Shown: positions 21,395 through 30,892 of the stretch, piece by piece | Numbering within the stretch: the first letter of the stretch is position 1 | Layout of the letters: every line of letters begins with the position of its first letter | Program-made: the position numbers and the translations under genes | Origin: Candidatus Poribacteria bacterium | GTDB lineage: Bacteria; Poribacteria; WGA-4E; WGA-3G | Direction of reading: 5' to 3' | DNA length: 64,000 bases | Assembly (NCBI GenBank): GCA_965205025.1 | Contig: CBDBFU010000002.1 | Location: forward strand, 96,001-160,000 | The notes under the pieces: generated by a model | The model's input: only the letters and a program-made list of their open reading frames with translations | What the model was told of the DNA's origin: nothing | Database searches by the model: none

Positions 21395-22513
21395 ATGATA
21401 AAAGACGATATTGAACTCATTAACAATACTTTGTCCGGCGACGATACAGCTTTCAATTCTTTAGTTGAAAAACACCAGAAGAATATCCACGCTCTCGCGT
21501 GGCAGAAAATAGGGGATTTTCACATTGCCGAAGAAATTACCCAAGATGTTTTCCTACTGGCATATAATAACCTGTCTACACTAAAAGACCCAAATAAGTT
21601 TGACAGATGGATATATGTAATTACGAAGCGACTTTGTACAAACTGGATCGAAAGGAAAAAACCGTCAATGCTATCCTTAGACGCCGCCGATAAAGCAACC
21701 TTGGACAAATCCGCTTTAGCACATTATGTTGCAGAACAACATGAGAAAGAGGCAACTGAGCATTACCGAGAAGTTGTGAATAATCTATTGGAAAAATTAT
21801 CTGATAAAGAACGTACGGTGATAGTACTCTATTACCTTCGTGAAATGTCATACAAAGAAATTAGCAAATTTCTGAATGTGTCTATCAGTGCGATTAAGAG
21901 TAGACTCAGCCGTGCCAGACAACGTTTGAAGGAGGAAGAACTGATGATTTGTGAAACTCTTGGCAGCATCCAGCCACCTATTGACTTAACCGATCATATA
22001 TTTTGTGATAGCATGGAATTCAAAGCGAACACACCATATTTTCAAGACGAGCATACAGAGTATACAGGGCCGCAAACTGTGAAAGCATTGATGAATGCCT
22101 TTGACACCGAGTTTGACAGTTGTATTACAAAAATCAAAGTGGGTATAATTGGAGGCAAATCAAGCAGTCTCACAATTAATGAGATAATTAATGAGATAGA
22201 TAAACGATATCCACGGACAAAGTGGCTTCAACTGATTTTGGAGAATGGACTTACCATAGAAAACTTTATGCATTATGCATCTTGTTTGTCTAAACGGCAT
22301 ATTTTGGCTTTTTTAGAAGACAACCCAGACTTTCAAAAAGTAAACTTTTTCGGTATACCCCCCATTCAAGATGACTGGGAAAAGTATAAAATAGCTTTTG
22401 TCAGAGATGTTATTGCCAGTGAGAAAATGGTTAGAGAACAAGATGGACAAAAGCATAAAGACGAGGTTGCAGACTCCGCATTAAAAAGGGCATTGGAACA
22501 TTGGAACGTTTAA
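21395..22513 (+). CDS. ECF sigma-70 factor with C-terminal extension domain
   Basis: Region 2 (GDDTAFNSLV..AEEITQDVFL..FDRWIY) and region 4 (LSDKERTVIVLYY..SYKEIS..IKSRLSRARQRL). C-terminal YTGPQTVKALM domain. GGAG SD before ATG 21395. Confidence 0.93.
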   Translation: MIKDDIELINNTLSGDDTAFNSLVEKHQKNIHALAWQKIGDFHIAEEITQDVFLLAYNNLSTLKDPNKFDRWIYVITKRLCTNWIERKKPSMLSLDAADKATLDKSALAHYVAEQHEKEATEHYREVVNNLLEKLSDKERTVIVLYYLREMSYKEISKFLNVSISAIKSRLSRARQRLKEEELMICETLGSIQPPIDLTDHIFCDSMEFKANTPYFQDEHTEYTGPQTVKALMNAFDTEFDSCITKIKVGIIGGKSSSLTINEIINEIDKRYPRTKWLQLILENGLTIENFMHYASCLSKRHILAFLEDNPDFQKVNFFGIPPIQDDWEKYKIAFVRDVIASEKMVREQDGQKHKDEVADSALKRALEHWNV

Positions 22514-22670
22514 AATCTTGTCCGTAGCAGCTTGAGTTATTTCAATAGCACCCGCAAGTACAAGTTTTGTAAATCATGAGGGTAGTTATACCAAATTAAC
22601 ACGATTCGTCTCGGTAGGTGCGGTTTCCTGGGGATGGTCGAGTATTTATTATATGAAAATAAAATCTCAA

Positions 22671-22793
22671 TTATGCACGTTTTTTATCTTTAAATTGTGT
22701 CATGTATTATCGTAAACATTTCGATTGTGGAGTAGACTCATGAATAAAACAGATGTTGAACTTATTAACAGTATCCTATCAGGGGATAATTAG
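22671..22793 (+). pseudogene. remnant duplicate of the ECF promoter and first codons
   Basis: Resembles 21328-21445 (AAATTGTGTCATGTA..ATCGTAA..ATTGTGGAG). Encodes MNKTDVELINSILSGDN* from 22740. Confidence 0.75.
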
Positions 22794-22848
22794 GCTTAAG
22801 ATAAATCCAGTTAATTTGGTACTATACCTGATATTTGGAGAATGCAAA

Positions 22849-23322
22849 ATGCTACTAACGCTAATTCGAAAAGAGATAATGCATCATATTCTGAGCATTC
22901 GATTTATTGTACTGCTTTTGATGTGTCTTTCACTTGTCCTACTCACCTTTTCCATTAATTATCAAAATTACCGTCAGAACCTCGTTGACTATCAAGAAGC
23001 TGTCAAACTTGCCAACACCGAAAAAGCTAAAGTTAACACGAACATGGAACTGAAACCGGAGTTGGAAAATCCACAACTCTTTCTGAAACCAACACCGCTG
23101 AGCGTGTTCGCTAACGATTTAGGAGATGCACTACCGAGCTATCTTGGTATGACACGCAACGGCATCACACAAGGACCACTTGCACTGGTTTCCGCTTCAC
23201 TTTCCTATCTTTTGGGACATCTTGACTTTCTTTTTCTTATCGGCACTGTTTTCAGTTTGCTCGCGATCTTGTTTACTTTTGATGCCGTAAGTAAATTTTT
23301 TCGGTATACCCGTTCAAGATGA
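22849..23322 (+). pseudogene. truncated subfamily A permease joined to an ECF C-terminal tail remnant
   Basis: 22849-23288 is nearly identical to 26174-26613. After FDAV the DNA switches to a homologue of 22338-22480, continuing to about 23431. Confidence 0.85.
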
Positions 23323-23486
23323 CTGGAACAAATACCAAACGAATTTTCTCAATAGGATTATTGCCAATGAGAAAATGGTTAGAGAACAAGAGAAACAGAG
23401 GCATAAAGATAAGGGAACTGCAGACTCCGCAACATAATGACTGAGAAAATAAAATTATGGTAATCCTGATATATGGAGAATGCTAA

Positions 23487-24905
23487 ATGTTGCTACCACT
23501 AATTCGAAAAGAGATGATGCATCATATCCTGAGCGTTCGATTTATTGTACTGCTTCTGATGTGTCTTTTGCTTGTTCCACTAACCCTTTCTATCAATTAT
23601 CAAAATTACCTCCAAAATCTTGTTGACTATCAAGAAGCGGTTAAACTGGCAAATATTGAAGAGAAGACAGTAAACCCCAAGATGCCGCTGGAACCGGATA
23701 TTGAGGTTTCTAAACTCTTTCTCAAACCGACACCTTTGAGTGTATTTGCAAAAGGATTAGGAGACGCGCTGCCAAGTTACCTTGGCATGTCCCGTAATGG
23801 GATTATTCAAGGAGTTTCAACTTTGGTTTCGGATTCGCTTCCCTATCTTTTCGGACATCTCGACTTTCTTTTTCTTGTAGGCACTGTTTTCAGTTTGCTC
23901 GCGCTGCTATTTACCTTTGATGTAGTTGCCGGAGAACGAGAAGCGGGTACCCTTCGGATCACCTTGGCAAATTCTCTGCCGCGTGACCTTTTTCTGTGGA
24001 GTAAATTAATTGGCGGATATATAGTGTTTGTAGTGCCGTTTTTGGTATCCTTTCTATTCGGCTTATTGGTACTTGTTTGGCAAGGTTTTCCCCTCGGTGA
24101 ACCCGAAATTTTTCCACTAGTGATCAGTCTAACCCTTGTCTCGCTGCTCTATATTGCTGTCTTCTTTGCGATAGGTACAGTCATTTCAACCTACTTAGAT
24201 AATTCCAAGACTGCCCTCATCATAGCCTTTACGGTTTGGGTATTTGCTGTACTAATTACACCACGTGTTGGGTTTATCGCGGCAAAAATCATCGCCCCGA
24301 CACAAACTTTACAGAGTGTCTATCTGAATAAAACGGCTCTCCGTGAGAATTTCAACGCAGAACTTGAAGAGAAAAAAAGGGAAATATACAAAGAACTCTG
24401 GCAGAATCGTCGGCAACCTTCCTATGAAGAACAGGGGGAAATCGGAGAACAGGTGGATGAACAGATGAAACCTCTCGAAGAGAAATTTCGGCAGAAATTC
24501 AAAGAGCACGCTGATGAAATAGATCGAAACTATCAGCGTGAAAAGAAGCACCAAGAACAGGTAGGTGAAACGCTTTCACGAATCACACCGATATCCTCCC
24601 TAACCTATCTCGCTACAAATTTAACACAGACTGGAAAACGAAAGAGAAACGATTACTTTCAAGCAGGTGAGCATTACTATGATGCGCTTGATACGGATGT
24701 GTTCAGTAAAATTATAGATCATGCTGAGATAAGAATGTTCCATCCAAAGACCGACATCGTCAAAATCAGGCAGCCATCATTTTTGGAAACCCCAACCTTA
24801 AGAGAGACATTCCGTCAATCGGTGGTGGATGTCCTGCTGCTCTGCTTTTTTGCGGTCATATTGACAACTGTGGCGTTTCTGAAATTCTTCCGTTCGGATA
24901 TTTGA
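23487..24905 (+). CDS. ABC-2 type transporter permease, subfamily A
   Basis: Paralogue of 3182..4600, ending FFRSDI. Confidence 0.92.
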   Translation: MLLPLIRKEMMHHILSVRFIVLLLMCLLLVPLTLSINYQNYLQNLVDYQEAVKLANIEEKTVNPKMPLEPDIEVSKLFLKPTPLSVFAKGLGDALPSYLGMSRNGIIQGVSTLVSDSLPYLFGHLDFLFLVGTVFSLLALLFTFDVVAGEREAGTLRITLANSLPRDLFLWSKLIGGYIVFVVPFLVSFLFGLLVLVWQGFPLGEPEIFPLVISLTLVSLLYIAVFFAIGTVISTYLDNSKTALIIAFTVWVFAVLITPRVGFIAAKIIAPTQTLQSVYLNKTALRENFNAELEEKKREIYKELWQNRRQPSYEEQGEIGEQVDEQMKPLEEKFRQKFKEHADEIDRNYQREKKHQEQVGETLSRITPISSLTYLATNLTQTGKRKRNDYFQAGEHYYDALDTDVFSKIIDHAEIRMFHPKTDIVKIRQPSFLETPTLRETFRQSVVDVLLLCFFAVILTTVAFLKFFRSDI

Positions 24906-24977
24906 TACTGATAGACAAATTGAAGAATTTTCCCAGAATTGAGCTTGCTTCTCATGATACCTTTGTTGTACTTTTTC

Positions 24978-25003
24978 TGCAACTTTTCTGGAAAGATTGT
25001 GTA
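24978..25003 (+). promoter_or_regulatory. putative ECF sigma promoter TGCAAC-N16-TGTA
   Basis: Within the intergenic region duplicated from 14230-14430. Confidence 0.55.
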
Positions 25004-25089
25004 AAACAATTAACAAAGGTTTGATGGCACAAAAGTGTGCTTATAAGCGGAGATAGCACTCAATAATTTACACTAACAAAGGAGACATT

Positions 25090-26013
25090 ATGAACGGTAA
25101 AATCACTATGCGGATACTTTCACTTTTGACAGTTCTGGGTATAACTATCTTTTTTGGATCGGAAGCGAACTCAGAAACACCAGAGAATACAGAAGGGTAC
25201 GGTTTGATTGAAAAGACAGAAATAACGAACAATTCTGGAAAGTTCAGTTTAAGTGAAATGACAAAATTAACGAAAGGCACACTAAGTACCATTAAAGACT
25301 ATACTGGGCCGCAAACCGCGCAAGCATTGATAGAAACGTTTGATAATATTTACAATCACAACCATTTAAAAACCACAGTGGCAGTGATTGTATACCGTAA
25401 AACCGACAGTGGAACTATTCTAAAAAACGGAAAAAGACATGTCAGCCAGTTTACAAACGAAGAAATTGACACACGATATCCGAAAGCAGCATGGCTTCAG
25501 CTTCTTTTAGACAACGGTATAACCATAGAAAATTTCGGAGATTATACATCTTATCTGTCAAAGCGATACACTTTGGCTTTTCTGAAAGACAATCCTAGTC
25601 TTCGCAACCCTGGGATGATCCACATTCCACCAACAGATAATTGGGAAGCTTATAAAGCCGCTTTTCATAATTGGGAAGCTTATAAAGCCGCTTTTATCTA
25701 TAAGTTGGTAAACAGACATATTAAGAAGATACAGGAAGCAGCAGAACGGGCTGAACGGAGAAAAGAACAGGGTGAACAGGGTAAGGAACAAGTTAAACAA
25801 GTAATGGCAGAGATTGAACGTGCTAAAGCGCAATTTGAACGAGCCAAGGAACAAATTGAACGGGCAAAGAATAAGTTCAATTCACAACAACTTGAAAACG
25901 TTAGGAAACAGATTGAACACTTACGAGAGACCTTAGAACGTCTTAAAGAATCAATGCCTTCTCAGAATCCAAAACAAAAGATGAAAAAGAAACCTCGCAC
26001 TATCCAGATATAG
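25090..26013 (+). CDS. secreted protein with ECF-associated domain and C-terminal coiled coil
   Basis: Paralogue of 14431..15225, with the same QNPKQKMKKKPRTIQI end and a signal peptide. Confidence 0.82.
   Translation: MNGKITMRILSLLTVLGITIFFGSEANSETPENTEGYGLIEKTEITNNSGKFSLSEMTKLTKGTLSTIKDYTGPQTAQALIETFDNIYNHNHLKTTVAVIVYRKTDSGTILKNGKRHVSQFTNEEIDTRYPKAAWLQLLLDNGITIENFGDYTSYLSKRYTLAFLKDNPSLRNPGMIHIPPTDNWEAYKAAFHNWEAYKAAFIYKLVNRHIKKIQEAAERAERRKEQGEQGKEQVKQVMAEIERAKAQFERAKEQIERAKNKFNSQQLENVRKQIEHLRETLERLKESMPSQNPKQKMKKKPRTIQI
25637..25695 (+). repeat. in-frame 30 bp tandem duplication
   Basis: ATAATTGGGAAGCTTATAAAGCCGCTTTT occurs twice, giving NWEAYKAAF x2. Confidence 0.9.
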
Positions 26014-26173
26014 TATAATGCCATAGACCTTTACGGACGACTCTGTATTCATTAATATTAATAAAACTTGCACACCTAACGTATTTGCTTGTTTAGTTGT
26101 TATAACCGCCCTGCAATACAGGTTTTGTGAGTCAGGAAGGGTTGTTTTTGCCATCATATATGGAGAATGCTAA

Positions 26174-27595
26174 ATGTTACTAACGCTAATTCGTAAAGAG
26201 ATGATGCATCATATCCTGAGCATTCGGTTTATCGTCCTACTTTTGATGTGTCTGTTACTTGTCCCACTCACCCTTTCCATTAATTATCAAAATTACCGTC
26301 AGAACCTTGTTGACTATCAAGAAACTGTCAAACTTGCCAACACCGAAGAAAACAAAGTTAACACAAACATGGAACTGAAACCGGAGTTGGAAGTTTCAAA
26401 ACTTTTTCTGAAACCAACACCGCTGAGCGTGTTTGCTAACGGATTAGGCGATGCGCTGCCGAGTTATCTTGGTATGACACGCAACGGCATAACACAAGGA
26501 CCCCCTGCGTTGGTTTCCGCTTCACTCTCCTATCTTTTGGGACATCTTGACTTTCTTTTTCTTATCGGCACTGTTTTCAGTTTGCTCGCGCTCCTGTTTA
26601 CTTTTGATGCCGTTGCAGGTGAAAGGGAAGCTGGAACACTCCGGATAACTTTGGCAAATTCCTTGCCACGCGACCTGTTTTTGTGGAGCAAATTGATCGG
26701 TGGATACATTGTGTTCGTTATCCCATTTTTAGTGTCACTCCTATTCGGTTTGCTGTTATTAGTTGCGCAAGGATTCCCGTTGGGTGAGTCGGAGATTTTC
26801 CCTCGAGTCCTCAGTCTTACACTTGTCTCTTTAATCTACATTGCAGTCTTTTTTGCGATAGGCACGGTGATTTCAACCTACATAGACAATTCTAAGACAG
26901 CACTCATCGTCGCGTTTGCCGTATGGGTATTTGCTGTACTAATTACACCACGTGTTGGATTTATCGTGGCAAAAATCATCGTACCGACACAAACTTTACA
27001 GAGTATCTATCTGGAAAAGACAGTCGCCCGCGAGAATATCAATGCAGAAAAGAAAGGAAAGAGGGATAAGATACATGAAGAGGTTTGGAAGGGACACTCT
27101 CACTCTCAAAGTTCTTTTGAAGAACAGATCGCATTGGGACAAGAGATTGATAAACAAATGGAACCGATTCATGAGGAATTTCGACAGAAATTCAATGACA
27201 GTGTTGACGAGATAGACCGACGATATGAACGTGAACAAGCAAGACAAGAAGGCGTAACTGAAACACTATCCCGCATTTCACCGACATCCTCTCTCATTTA
27301 TCTCACTACAAACTTGACACAGACCGGAAAAACGAAAAGGAAAAACTACTTTCAAGCTGGGGAACGCTACTATGTTGCGCTTGATGAAGATTGGTTTAGT
27401 AAAGTCGTAGACAATCTCTCCTTTAGAACGATGGATCCAAAGAAAAACATCCAAATTACGCAGCCACCTCCTTTGGAAACTCCAACCTTAGTTGACACAT
27501 TTCGTCAATCCTTAGTAGATGTACTGATGCTCTGTTTCTTTTCGGTTGTGTTGACAACTGTGGCGTTTCTGAAATTCTTCCGTGTTGATATTTGA
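26174..27595 (+). CDS. ABC-2 type transporter permease, subfamily A
   Basis: Paralogue of 3182..4600, ending FFRVDI. Confidence 0.92.
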   Translation: MLLTLIRKEMMHHILSIRFIVLLLMCLLLVPLTLSINYQNYRQNLVDYQETVKLANTEENKVNTNMELKPELEVSKLFLKPTPLSVFANGLGDALPSYLGMTRNGITQGPPALVSASLSYLLGHLDFLFLIGTVFSLLALLFTFDAVAGEREAGTLRITLANSLPRDLFLWSKLIGGYIVFVIPFLVSLLFGLLLLVAQGFPLGESEIFPRVLSLTLVSLIYIAVFFAIGTVISTYIDNSKTALIVAFAVWVFAVLITPRVGFIVAKIIVPTQTLQSIYLEKTVARENINAEKKGKRDKIHEEVWKGHSHSQSSFEEQIALGQEIDKQMEPIHEEFRQKFNDSVDEIDRRYEREQARQEGVTETLSRISPTSSLIYLTTNLTQTGKTKRKNYFQAGERYYVALDEDWFSKVVDNLSFRTMDPKKNIQITQPPPLETPTLVDTFRQSLVDVLMLCFFSVVLTTVAFLKFFRVDI

Positions 27596-27727
27596 AATAG
27601 AAGACTATTGTATGCCAACAAAACTAACCGTACAGGACATTTTTCTGATTTTTTTTGAAAGAATTATCTCAATAACAAGTGTCGGTATCGTGGATTGTTT
27701 AAGGACAGACCACATCATTAAAATTAA

Positions 27728-27757
27728 TGCAACCTTTATACCATAAAACGCGTCTAA
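27728..27757 (+). promoter_or_regulatory. putative ECF sigma promoter TGCAAC-N17-CGTCTAA
   Basis: Upstream of the ATPase-NEW3-TolC genes. Confidence 0.55.
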
Positions 27758-27819
27758 GCAACATAAGTTCATGTTGCTTGAATATCCAGAATAGAACACA
27801 AGATTACAAGGAGTACCAG

Positions 27820-28554
27820 ATGTTAGAAACGCGCGAACTAACTAAAGTCTATAACGAGGAAGTTTTAGCTGTCAATAAACTAAACCTAAAAGTCGAAGAT
27901 GGGGAAATCTATGTTGTTCTGGGAGCAAACGGGGCAGGCAAAAGCACAACTATATCCATGTTATTGAATTTCATTGAACCCACAAGCGGTACTGCACTGG
28001 TGGGTGACATTGAAATCCCTAAGTTCCCATTGGAAGCAAAAAAACATCTCGCTTATGTTTCTGAAAACGTTGAACTCTACAGGAATTTTACTGCGCGTCA
28101 GAACTTATCCTTTTTCGCTAAATTAGGCGGTAAAAAGAAGGTCTCAAACGATGAGTTGGATGCTACACTCGAAAGAGTTGGATTACCTAAAGAAGCATTT
28201 ACGAGACGAGTAAAGACATTTTCAAAGGGAATGCGTCAACGTCTTGGAATCGCAATTGCCATTATGAAAGACGCACAAGCTGTATTGCTTGATGAGCCAA
28301 CTTCCGGACTTGATCCTAAAGGTGGCGCGGATTTCCTGAATCTATTGCGTGAATTAAAAGAGGAAGGGAAAGCTATCTTTATGTCTACCCACGATATTTT
28401 CCGTGCGAAAGAAATTGCGGATAGAATTGGAATTCTTGTACAGGGAAATCTTGAACAAGAATTATCCAGAGATGAAATCCAAGATGCTGATCTGGAAGCA
28501 CTATATCTGCATTATGTGGCTGGATATGAACCATCAGAAGACCCCAGTCCGTAA
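27820..28554 (+). CDS. ABC transporter ATP-binding protein
   Basis: Walker A GANGAGKST, signature FSKGMRQR, Walker B LLDEPT, H-loop STHD. AAGGAG SD before ATG 27820. Confidence 0.97.
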   Translation: MLETRELTKVYNEEVLAVNKLNLKVEDGEIYVVLGANGAGKSTTISMLLNFIEPTSGTALVGDIEIPKFPLEAKKHLAYVSENVELYRNFTARQNLSFFAKLGGKKKVSNDELDATLERVGLPKEAFTRRVKTFSKGMRQRLGIAIAIMKDAQAVLLDEPTSGLDPKGGADFLNLLRELKEEGKAIFMSTHDIFRAKEIADRIGILVQGNLEQELSRDEIQDADLEALYLHYVAGYEPSEDPSP

Positions 28555-30862
28555 ATCCCAAATATCACTTACTTATCACCAAACCGTAAATTACAATAAT
28601 TGGGGAAAAGCCTTGCGAATTATATTTTTTATACTGGTTTGCGTCGTCTTAGTGGGGATAGCACATCACGTTGTGTTGGCAGTAGAATCTGAAGAACCAG
28701 CAAGCGATGTAAATGCTACAAAAACCAGAGATGAACAAAGCCGTCAAATCCTTATTGAAACTGCACGTTTAGAGATGGAATTGGCGGAAAACCTTATGAA
28801 TAAGAAAAAGGTTGAACTTGATAACTTACGAAAGATGGTTGAAGAGGAAAACAATATCATCACTGTAGCTGAAGTAAACAATGCTGAGGAGGCTTATGAA
28901 AGTGCTGTTTCCGAACATGAAAAAGCTAAACTAAATCTACAGAAAGTAGAATTGGATTCACTCAAGAATGCTTGGCACATTACTGTTGAGAGCACACGGC
29001 TTTATGAATCTCGTGAGGGTCGTGAGATGTTTTCAATTACACTTCAAAACAGTTCATTACCTGTAAAATTAGTTGAGAGTTCCAAAGTTATGGGACGAGA
29101 TATCGTGATTAGTGCACAAATTGATGATATCTTCGTATCAATAAAAGAAAAAGAGGAATTTGGTTCAGGTGGAGCGATTATTGCTGAACCCTACGAACGG
29201 CGTATCAAAACACTCAAAGAGGATGAATCTACTACTTTGGAATTTGAACTTATCAAAGAAGATGTGCGGGATGTTGTTGTCCATTTAAAATACCTTGATA
29301 CAACGGATGAACGGAACATACATCTAAAACAGGAAGATCCATATATCTCTGTAGTTTCAACAAGGCGATATAAAGAAGGTGATCGTAGACGTATTGAAAT
29401 TGTTCTGACTTATGGTGCGGTGAAGGATGAAACCGAAGAGACTAACGTTAACACTGCCCAAGAAATTAACAATGTCTATGTTTCTATCAAAGATGAGAAT
29501 GCAGCCATTATCGGTTTCCCTTATGAATTCCGTATTCCGACACTAAAAGATGGACAAAAAAAGACACTTGATTTTGAATTACGACGCAACGTGGATAGTC
29601 TCACGGTTAATCTAAGATACTTAGATAGGGAATATCCGTATAAAATCCACCTTGAAGAAGACACCCGTCACATTTCAATTCTCAGCGCCAAGAAATTCCG
29701 AATTGAGAACCAAATGATGGTAACTATTCAACTGAAGAATACATCAACAACAGAGGCAATGCCAAGTAATGCTACACCTGAAGAAATTGCTGCAGCAAAT
29801 GAAATTCGCTCTATATATGTCTCTTTACTTGATGCAGTAGACAGCACAAATATCGTTAAACCGTATGAAGAGAAAATACCGGTACTCGGTTACAATGAAA
29901 CAGTAGATTTGACATTCCAACTTCAGAAAGACGTTGATAGTCTTAAGGTTTCAATGAAGTATCCTGAACTTGCTGAACCTGATATGCGTCTGATCTATCT
30001 TCAGAAAGAATCTGCATTGGATGTTGTAAATGTCAGTTCGTTAAGGTTTTCTCAGGAAGGGAATTTGGGTAGCAGTGTAACCTATGATTTAACCTTGGAT
30101 AGGTTGGCAGAAACAGAAAATACCTTCCAGTTGCGTGTCATCAACCTATTGAATCGTCTCTCGTTTGAATTCCAAGACCCGGAAACAAAATCTCGACAAT
30201 CTCAAGTAAAATTTACACAAGAACAATCTAAGCGAAACCTATCATTAATTGTGTATCTACCGGAAGAACTGGATGCGACCTACCTTGACAATACCCTGGA
30301 GTTCTATGTTGCTGTGGTTGATGAAACAGAGGCGAATGAACTTGGAGGAGTTAATAATCGGTTAGATTTACCAGATGAAAAGATTGCCAGTATACAAGGT
30401 GGCGTTGAGCGTTTTGAATTAATTCCAAAAGGAGTACCGGAGATTGAGGTGTCTGTTCAAAATGCGTTTCAGACGATAAAGATCGATGAGCAAGTTAACA
30501 TGACTGCCAAGTTGAAGAACATCGGCACACGCGATCTTATTGATCTTCGTATGATTGTGGATGTTAATCCAGATTGGAAATACACAGTCACACCAGAAGT
30601 CATCAGTTCACTTCAACGGAACGAGGAAAAAGAAATACAACTAACACTAAATCCTCCAGGGGATATTAGTGTGGGTGAATATCAAGCAAAGTTAACTGCT
30701 GAGGTGACCGTTGATAATCGAGAATTTGAAGCACGCGACCGTTCCATCACAATACTGATTGAATCAAAATCACAATTATCAATCACAACAATGTTGGTTG
30801 GTGCATTGATACTTATAATGATTGGTATTGTTATTGTCACAGTCCGAATTAGTCGACGATAA
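28526..30862 (+). CDS. membrane protein with coiled coil, repeated Ig-like domains and NEW3 (NPCBM-associated)-like domain
   Basis: N-terminal TM or signal, coiled coil, and three repeats of I..I(Y/F)VS...II..PYE..I..L...L.F.L. Then KNIGTRDL..PDWKYTVTP..L..GEY (NEW3-like) and a C-terminal TM with basic tail. Start uncertain. Confidence 0.75.
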   Translation: MNHQKTPVRKSQISLTYHQTVNYNNWGKALRIIFFILVCVVLVGIAHHVVLAVESEEPASDVNATKTRDEQSRQILIETARLEMELAENLMNKKKVELDNLRKMVEEENNIITVAEVNNAEEAYESAVSEHEKAKLNLQKVELDSLKNAWHITVESTRLYESREGREMFSITLQNSSLPVKLVESSKVMGRDIVISAQIDDIFVSIKEKEEFGSGGAIIAEPYERRIKTLKEDESTTLEFELIKEDVRDVVVHLKYLDTTDERNIHLKQEDPYISVVSTRRYKEGDRRRIEIVLTYGAVKDETEETNVNTAQEINNVYVSIKDENAAIIGFPYEFRIPTLKDGQKKTLDFELRRNVDSLTVNLRYLDREYPYKIHLEEDTRHISILSAKKFRIENQMMVTIQLKNTSTTEAMPSNATPEEIAAANEIRSIYVSLLDAVDSTNIVKPYEEKIPVLGYNETVDLTFQLQKDVDSLKVSMKYPELAEPDMRLIYLQKESALDVVNVSSLRFSQEGNLGSSVTYDLTLDRLAETENTFQLRVINLLNRLSFEFQDPETKSRQSQVKFTQEQSKRNLSLIVYLPEELDATYLDNTLEFYVAVVDETEANELGGVNNRLDLPDEKIASIQGGVERFELIPKGVPEIEVSVQNAFQTIKIDEQVNMTAKLKNIGTRDLIDLRMIVDVNPDWKYTVTPEVISSLQRNEEKEIQLTLNPPGDISVGEYQAKLTAEVTVDNREFEARDRSITILIESKSQLSITTMLVGALILIMIGIVIVTVRISRR

Positions 30863-30892
30863 AGTCTGAGCGTTGACAACTATTCCCAAAAA

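Noticed and set aside
3182-27595. Diversity-generating retroelement as the source of permease variation
   Set aside because: No reverse transcriptase in the window, and differences between paralogues are not adenine-specific.
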